This document shows positions 57,351 to 62,379 of a stretch of DNA of 62,379 bases, in pieces. The first letter of the stretch is position 1. Every line of letters starts with the position of its first letter. This DNA is from an uncultured Candidatus Saccharibacteria bacterium (GTDB lineage Bacteria > Patescibacteriota > Minisyncoccia > UBA6257 > Colwellbacteraceae), in assembly GCA_964601595.1 (NCBI GenBank), contig CAZRNY010000002.1, positions 1 to 62,379 on the forward strand. Direction: 5' to 3'. Made by a program: the position numbers and the translations under genes. The notes under the pieces were generated by a model, which was not told where the DNA came from, searched no databases, and was given only the letters and a program-made list of their open reading frames with translations.

Positions 57351-58580
57351 ATGGATTTTCGGAATAAACAGCTGGGCTTTACTCTGACGGAGCTTATGAT
57401 ATCTATCGCGATCATCGCGATACTTTCGGCTACAGTCATCATCATCTTGGATCCGGGTGAATATCTAGCTTCTCCGAGAGATACTCAGAGAATAGGAGAT
57501 ATAAATTCTTTGAATAATGCCATCTCTCTCTATGCGAATGATGTAAGAGGATCGAAAGGAGATCTGAATAGGGTTTATATTTCCCTTCCGGATGCGAATG
57601 TTAATTGCACGACATACGCCGCATCGTTGCCGGTACTTCCTGCTGGATGGGAATACAGATGTGCGACAGTAGCGAACTACAAGAAGACTGATGGAACAGG
57701 ATGGCTACCAGTCAATCTGAACGCCATCAGCGGAGGATCGACTCTTACGGCGCTTCCGATCGATCCGGTAAATGCTGTTTCCGGATATCTATATTATTCC
57801 TATGCTAATTCCGCGACAGGGTGGGAAATAACCGCGACGACCGAGTCGAATAAGATGGGAGAAAAGTTTTCTAATGATGGAGGAACCAATGCTCTCTTTT
57901 ATGAGCTCGGTAAGAATATTACCGCCTTGCCTGATTTCTCGCTTGGCCAAAGCTGTAAGATCATCAAAGATAACTTTGCCCGGTCGACGGATGGAGTCTA
58001 TTGGATAGATCCCGATGGCGCTGGCGCGGAACCTGCCGTGCAGGCTTATTGTGATATGACGACCGATGGTGGCGGGTGGACGCTTGTTCAATCGACAGTG
58101 AAGGGACAGCCGGTAAATGCACAGTGGGCGGCGGCCTTTCCGACTCAGCTGACTCAGACTATCGGAACACCATCTCTTACTTCTCCGTACAGGATGGCGA
58201 TGAAATACTGGTACATGATACCTAATACGAGCTGGGCTAAGATGGCATTAACGACGGCGGAACAGAAGAAGACTTTTAATAAGTCTCCGATTTTTTCTCT
58301 GACAGGAGTAAATGCCGGTCCGACCGGATTTACATATACCGGAAGCGATCCGGCGATCGCACTTAACAGTCTAAGTAGTTATAACTGGAATACTTGTACG
58401 AATGGTATTGCTTACTTCAATTCTTCCTGTTGTAGTACATGCATACTTTATAACAACCCCGTTACCTACAATACGACCAATCAGCCGATGATGAGCACGA
58501 TAACGGCAGTCGATGGAAGTGCTATCCAGAAGTGGAATGGGCATGCCCCGCTTGATAGATTAAATATTTTTTCTAAATGA
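57351..58580 (+). CDS. type IV pilin-like protein with a C-terminal fibrinogen-like (YCDxxxxGGGW) domain
   Basis: Prepilin leader and cleavage/methylation motif 'MDFRNKQLG|FTLTELMISIAIIAILSA'. The mid/C-terminal 'CKIIKDNFARSTDGVYWIDPDG..AEPAVQAYCDMTTDGGGWTLVQ' matches the fibrinogen C-terminal domain signature. Confidence 0.8.
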   Translation: MDFRNKQLGFTLTELMISIAIIAILSATVIIILDPGEYLASPRDTQRIGDINSLNNAISLYANDVRGSKGDLNRVYISLPDANVNCTTYAASLPVLPAGWEYRCATVANYKKTDGTGWLPVNLNAISGGSTLTALPIDPVNAVSGYLYYSYANSATGWEITATTESNKMGEKFSNDGGTNALFYELGKNITALPDFSLGQSCKIIKDNFARSTDGVYWIDPDGAGAEPAVQAYCDMTTDGGGWTLVQSTVKGQPVNAQWAAAFPTQLTQTIGTPSLTSPYRMAMKYWYMIPNTSWAKMALTTAEQKKTFNKSPIFSLTGVNAGPTGFTYTGSDPAIALNSLSSYNWNTCTNGIAYFNSSCCSTCILYNNPVTYNTTNQPMMSTITAVDGSAIQKWNGHAPLDRLNIFSK

Positions 58581-59413
58581 ACCCGACCTATTTCGATACT
58601 CATGCCCATACTCAATTTTCCGCTTACGACGAGGACAGGGATGAGGTTATAAAAAGAGCTTTTGATGCCGGCGTTTGGATCATAAACATCGGATCGAATA
58701 CTGAGACTTCAAAGAAGGCGATAGCGCTTGCGGAAAAATATGAAGAAGGTATCTATGCCGTTATCGGCATACATCCGTCTCACGCCGATATGACCGATAA
58801 TAGACAGCTTCATGAGGACGGAGGGTTCGATCCGTTTGATGAGGAGTCTTTTGTTGCTATGGCGAAATCGGACAAGGTAGTCGCGGTAGGGGAATGCGGA
58901 CTCGAATATTCCGAAGAAGGAACAGAAGATAAGGAAAAACAGAGAGAATTGTTCCTTAATCATATAGAGTTTTGTCATAAAATCAGAAAGCCGATAGTGA
59001 TACATTGCCGCAATGCCTACAGGCATACATATGAGATATTGAAGGCAGAAAGAAACAGCCTGCCGGATATTCCCGGAGTGATGCATTTTTTTGCGGGATC
59101 AAAAGAAGATGCTTATAGGTTTCTCGACCTCGGCTTCGGATTTTCTTTTGGAGGAGTCGCTACTTTTGCGAAGAAAGGGATCGGTCCTTATGACGAAGTG
59201 ATCAAAGCGATACCGGATTCCTCGATAATGCTTGAGACAGACGCGCCTTTCGTATCACCGGAACCGCTCAGAGGGAAACGAAATGAGCCGGTTAATGTCA
59301 TTCATGTCGCAAAATATATCTCTGTTTTGAAAGGAGTTCCCCTGGAAGTCCTAGCTAAGAAGACGACGGAAAACGCTTTCAGGTTCTTTGCAATACCGCG
59401 GCCCACGAATTAG
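58577..59413 (+). CDS. tatD: TatD family metal-dependent hydrolase
   Basis: 'FDTHAH', 'GECGLEY', 'VIHCRNA', 'ETDAPF'. It overlaps the pilin gene by 4 nt. Confidence 0.88.
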   Translation: MNPTYFDTHAHTQFSAYDEDRDEVIKRAFDAGVWIINIGSNTETSKKAIALAEKYEEGIYAVIGIHPSHADMTDNRQLHEDGGFDPFDEESFVAMAKSDKVVAVGECGLEYSEEGTEDKEKQRELFLNHIEFCHKIRKPIVIHCRNAYRHTYEILKAERNSLPDIPGVMHFFAGSKEDAYRFLDLGFGFSFGGVATFAKKGIGPYDEVIKAIPDSSIMLETDAPFVSPEPLRGKRNEPVNVIHVAKYISVLKGVPLEVLAKKTTENAFRFFAIPRPTN

Positions 59414-59444
59414 AATTGCCTAAAGAAAGCGTAAATCCTCTCGC

Positions 59445-62006
59445 ATGCCAACAAAAAAGAAAACCGCTCCGAAAAAACCGGAGAAGAAAGCAAAGAAGGC
59501 CGTAAAAACGGCGACTACAAAAAAGAAGCCTGTTTCTAAGGTTGTTCCTAAGAAGTCTCAGCTTAAGGCGAAGAAAGCGACAGTAAAGAAGGTCGTGATG
59601 AAGACGAAGAAGGCTTTGCCTCGTGCGACGGAATATCCTTTCGAGAAGATAGAAAAGAAGTGGACCCCTTTCTGGTACGAGAAGAAGATCTACCAGCCGG
59701 ATATCTCTAAGGCAAAAAATCCTTTCTATAACTTGATGATGTTCCCTTATCCTTCAGCCGAAGGATTGCATGTGGGAAACATGTACGCATTTACCGGAAC
59801 CGATATCTACGGCCGATTTATGAGGCTTCAGGGCTACGATGTTTTTGAACCGATCGGTCTCGATGGATTCGGCATACATTCGGAAAATTACGCGATGAAG
59901 AAGGGAGTCCATCCCGCATCTCAGGCAAAGATTGCCGAGAAGAATTTTTATCGCCAACTGCAGATGGTTGGAAACGGATTCGCATGGGAGTCGCGTCTCG
60001 AGACTTATGATCCGGAATACTATAAGTGGACTCAGTGGATATTCACCGAGCTTTTCAATAGAGGATTAGCTTATAGGAAGAAGGCTCATGTTAACTGGTG
60101 CCCTTCGTGTAAGACGGTTCTTGCTGATGAACAGGTTATTGCCGGAAAGTGTGAGAGGTGCGATAGCGAGGTAGCTAAGAAGGAACTTGAACAATGGTTC
60201 TTCAAGATAACAAAATATGCGCCGAAGCTTCTGAAAAATCTTGAGAAGATAGATTGGTCCGAGAAGGTAAAGATCGCGCAGAAGAACTGGATCGGAAAAT
60301 CGGAAGGAGCTTCTATCGATTTCGAGATAATCGGAGGAGCGGTGAAAGGGGGAATTAAGGCGGAAATATTCACGACTCGTCCTGATACGATCATGGGTGT
60401 GACCTTTCTCGTCCTTGCTCCAGAGAGCGAACTCACCGATATGCTCATCGGATCCGCTTCCAATAAAAAGGAAGTGCAGGAATATATCTGGGTTTCCAGG
60501 AATAAACCTGAAGCGGAAAGGATGTCTGATGAGAGAGAAAAGACAGGTATCAAGTTCGAGGGCATGATGGCCATCAATCCTGTAAACGGAATCGAAATTC
60601 CTATTTTTGTTGCGGACTATGTCCTTTCGGGATATGGAACCGGAGCTGTCATGGGTGTTCCGGCTTATGATGAGAGAGATCTGGCTTTTGCTGAAAAATT
60701 CGGATTACCTGTCGTGCAGGCTCCTCTTATTCCTAAAGAGCAAGCTGTAAAGCAGGCTAAGGGAAGCTTTACCACCAAGTTTAGATTAAGAGACTGGCTT
60801 ATTTCCAGACAGAGATATTGGGGTCCTCCGATCCCGATGATCCACTGCGAGAAGTGCGCTGAAAAGGTGAGAAATGCGAAGGGATCGGAAAGGAAAAAAT
60901 ATAACACTGGAGAACTGGAAAATCCGGGATGGTTCGCAGTTTCCGAAAAGAAGCTGCCGGTACTTCTTCCTTTCATCAAAGACTTCCGACCGGAAGGAAC
61001 AGGGGAATCTCCTCTTGCTTCTTCAAAGTCTTTTTGTAACACGAAGTGTCCGAGGTGTGGCGGTTCGGCGAAGAGAGAGACGGATGTTTCTGATACCTTC
61101 CTTGATTCGGCATGGTATTACCTCAGATATCCTTCAGTAAATTATAAGAAGGCTGCTTTTGATCCTAAGATGACTAAGAAGTGGCTTCCGGTAAACATGT
61201 ATCTCGGGGGAGCGGAGCATTCCGTACTTCATCTTCTTTATTCGAGATTTATAGCAATGGTACTGAAGGATATGGGACATATATCTTTCGATGAGCCGTT
61301 CACTAAATTCAGGGCTCACGGACTCATCATCAGAGATGGAAAGAAGATGTCGAAGTCGAAAGGGAATGTCGTCAATCCGGATGAGTATATAAAGAAGTTC
61401 GGAGCAGATGCTCTGAGACTGAATCTTATGTTCATCGGTCCTCTAGAAGAGGGTGGCGATTTCCGTGATGCGGGAATGGTCGGCGTGACTAGATTCCTTA
61501 ATAGGGTATGGAAATTTGCCGGAGAAACGAAGTTCAAGAAAGGAGAGATGTCTCCTTGGCTTAATAAGACGATAAAGGAAATATCGGAAGATATCCCGAA
61601 TTTCAAATACAACACGGCGATTTCCGAGCTGATGATCGCGCTTAATACCTTTACCGAATCACCTCATGAAGTAACGAAGAAAGATATGGAGATATTCCTT
61701 ATTCTCTTATCTCCTCTTGCGCCCTTCATAACCGAAGAGATCTGGAACGAACTTGGGAATAAGCCCTCGATACACAAACAATCTTGGCCGAAGTACGATA
61801 AAAAAGCTCTTAAAGAAGAGACTTTCGAATTAGTGATCCAAGTTAACGGAAGAGTCCGTCATACGCTTGATGCGAAGAAGGGTATTACCGAGAGTCAGGC
61901 AAAAGAGCTTGCGATGAAGGAGGAGAGAATTAAGTCCATAATCGGAGGATCAGAAATAAGAAAAATTTTCTTCGTGGAAGACAGACTTATTAATTTCGTC
62001 CTATAA
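59445..62006 (+). CDS. leuS: leucine--tRNA ligase with a ~60-aa Lys-rich N-terminal extension
   Basis: 'PYPSAEGLHVGN' (HIGH-type) and 'KMSKSKGN', plus a CP1 editing domain and a Zn module (CPSC..CERC). The N-terminus is 'MPTKKKTAPKKPEKKAKKAVKTATTKKKP...'. An alternative internal start exists at ATG 59598. Confidence 0.93.
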   Translation: MPTKKKTAPKKPEKKAKKAVKTATTKKKPVSKVVPKKSQLKAKKATVKKVVMKTKKALPRATEYPFEKIEKKWTPFWYEKKIYQPDISKAKNPFYNLMMFPYPSAEGLHVGNMYAFTGTDIYGRFMRLQGYDVFEPIGLDGFGIHSENYAMKKGVHPASQAKIAEKNFYRQLQMVGNGFAWESRLETYDPEYYKWTQWIFTELFNRGLAYRKKAHVNWCPSCKTVLADEQVIAGKCERCDSEVAKKELEQWFFKITKYAPKLLKNLEKIDWSEKVKIAQKNWIGKSEGASIDFEIIGGAVKGGIKAEIFTTRPDTIMGVTFLVLAPESELTDMLIGSASNKKEVQEYIWVSRNKPEAERMSDEREKTGIKFEGMMAINPVNGIEIPIFVADYVLSGYGTGAVMGVPAYDERDLAFAEKFGLPVVQAPLIPKEQAVKQAKGSFTTKFRLRDWLISRQRYWGPPIPMIHCEKCAEKVRNAKGSERKKYNTGELENPGWFAVSEKKLPVLLPFIKDFRPEGTGESPLASSKSFCNTKCPRCGGSAKRETDVSDTFLDSAWYYLRYPSVNYKKAAFDPKMTKKWLPVNMYLGGAEHSVLHLLYSRFIAMVLKDMGHISFDEPFTKFRAHGLIIRDGKKMSKSKGNVVNPDEYIKKFGADALRLNLMFIGPLEEGGDFRDAGMVGVTRFLNRVWKFAGETKFKKGEMSPWLNKTIKEISEDIPNFKYNTAISELMIALNTFTESPHEVTKKDMEIFLILLSPLAPFITEEIWNELGNKPSIHKQSWPKYDKKALKEETFELVIQVNGRVRHTLDAKKGITESQAKELAMKEERIKSIIGGSEIRKIFFVEDRLINFVL

Positions 62007-62076
62007 GACGCTTACTCGTTAACCCATTCCTTTTCGAGGCACGAAGTCCTTTCCGTTCTTAAGCGGAAAGGCTTCT

Positions 62077-62168
62077 CAAATCTCATCCCTCGACCATACT
62101 CGGGACTCCGATAGTCCTCTCTAAAGGAATGGGCTCGCTCGTCACTTTTACTGCTAAAGGTATATAAA
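62077..62168. repeat. ~90-nt direct repeat, copy E1
   Basis: 'caaatctcatccctcgaccatactcgggactccgatagtcctc...aaaggtatataaaa' aligns with 62266-62357. Confidence 0.5.
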
Positions 62169-62265
62169 ATTCCGCCAAAGGCGGATTTTTATTGAGGGTA
62201 TATACTTCGCATAAACCTTCCTCTCTGAGGTATACAGTCTGTTTCGTCTGAACAAAACAGCTGCT

Positions 62266-62357
62266 CAATTCTCGTCCTCCGACCATGCGGAGGACTCCGA
62301 AAGCCCTCAGAGAGGAAGATATATGCTCATCATCCTTATTTCTTAAGGTATATAAAC
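62266..62357. repeat. ~90-nt direct repeat, copy E2
   Basis: 'caattctcgtcctccgaccatgcggaggactccgaaagccctc...ttaaggtatataaac'. It contains the hairpin tcctccg/cggagga. Confidence 0.5.
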
Positions 62358-62379
62358 AAGCCGTCATTACTGACAGCTT

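Noticed and set aside
62083-62367. 94-aa minus-strand ORF at the window end.
   Set aside because: It spans two copies of a direct repeat and a terminator-like hairpin, and has no RBS or recognisable motif. It is probably non-coding, although this is not fully excluded (see the corresponding finding).

Overview
The window reads as a chromosomal segment of a small-genome bacterium using the standard code, with no sign of UGA recoding. By eye it is moderately AT-rich. I infer a Candidate Phyla Radiation/Patescibacteria (Parcubacteria-like) origin from gene content and architecture; this cannot be verified here. Most of it is tightly packed housekeeping genes: ppsA, pgi, uppS, rodA/ftsW, mltG, rpoB-rpoC, rpsF-ssb-rpsR, parAB, relA/spoT, topA, dprA, rplS, recO, glyQS, metG and leuS. 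RNA genes are a 23S-5S rRNA unit with no 16S nearby and five tRNAs: Ala-CGC, Leu-CAA, Val-GAC, Ile-GAT and Leu-GAG. Several regions are less ordinary. (1) The first ~7.7 kb is an accessory cell-surface neighbourhood with three membrane-anchored Pro/Thr-stalk proteins, an 894-aa very Cys-rich secreted protein, an orphan radical SAM/SPASM enzyme and an HExxH protein. (2) A ~100-115 nt long-hairpin repeat family occurs only next to stable RNA genes. (3) The tRNA-Ile and tRNA-Leu(GAG) loci are surrounded by duplicated tRNA halves and by inverted-repeat elements built from tRNA 3' ends. (4) One gene fuses a type IV prepilin N-terminus to a fibrinogen-like YCDxxxxGGGW domain. (5) MetRS and LeuRS carry Lys-rich N-terminal appendages, and ParB carries a ~200-aa low-complexity extension. 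I saw no CRISPR array, transposase, integrase, reverse transcriptase or recognisable defence or toxin gene. All functional calls rest on motifs read from the translations. RNA gene ends are approximate (+/- ~5 nt).
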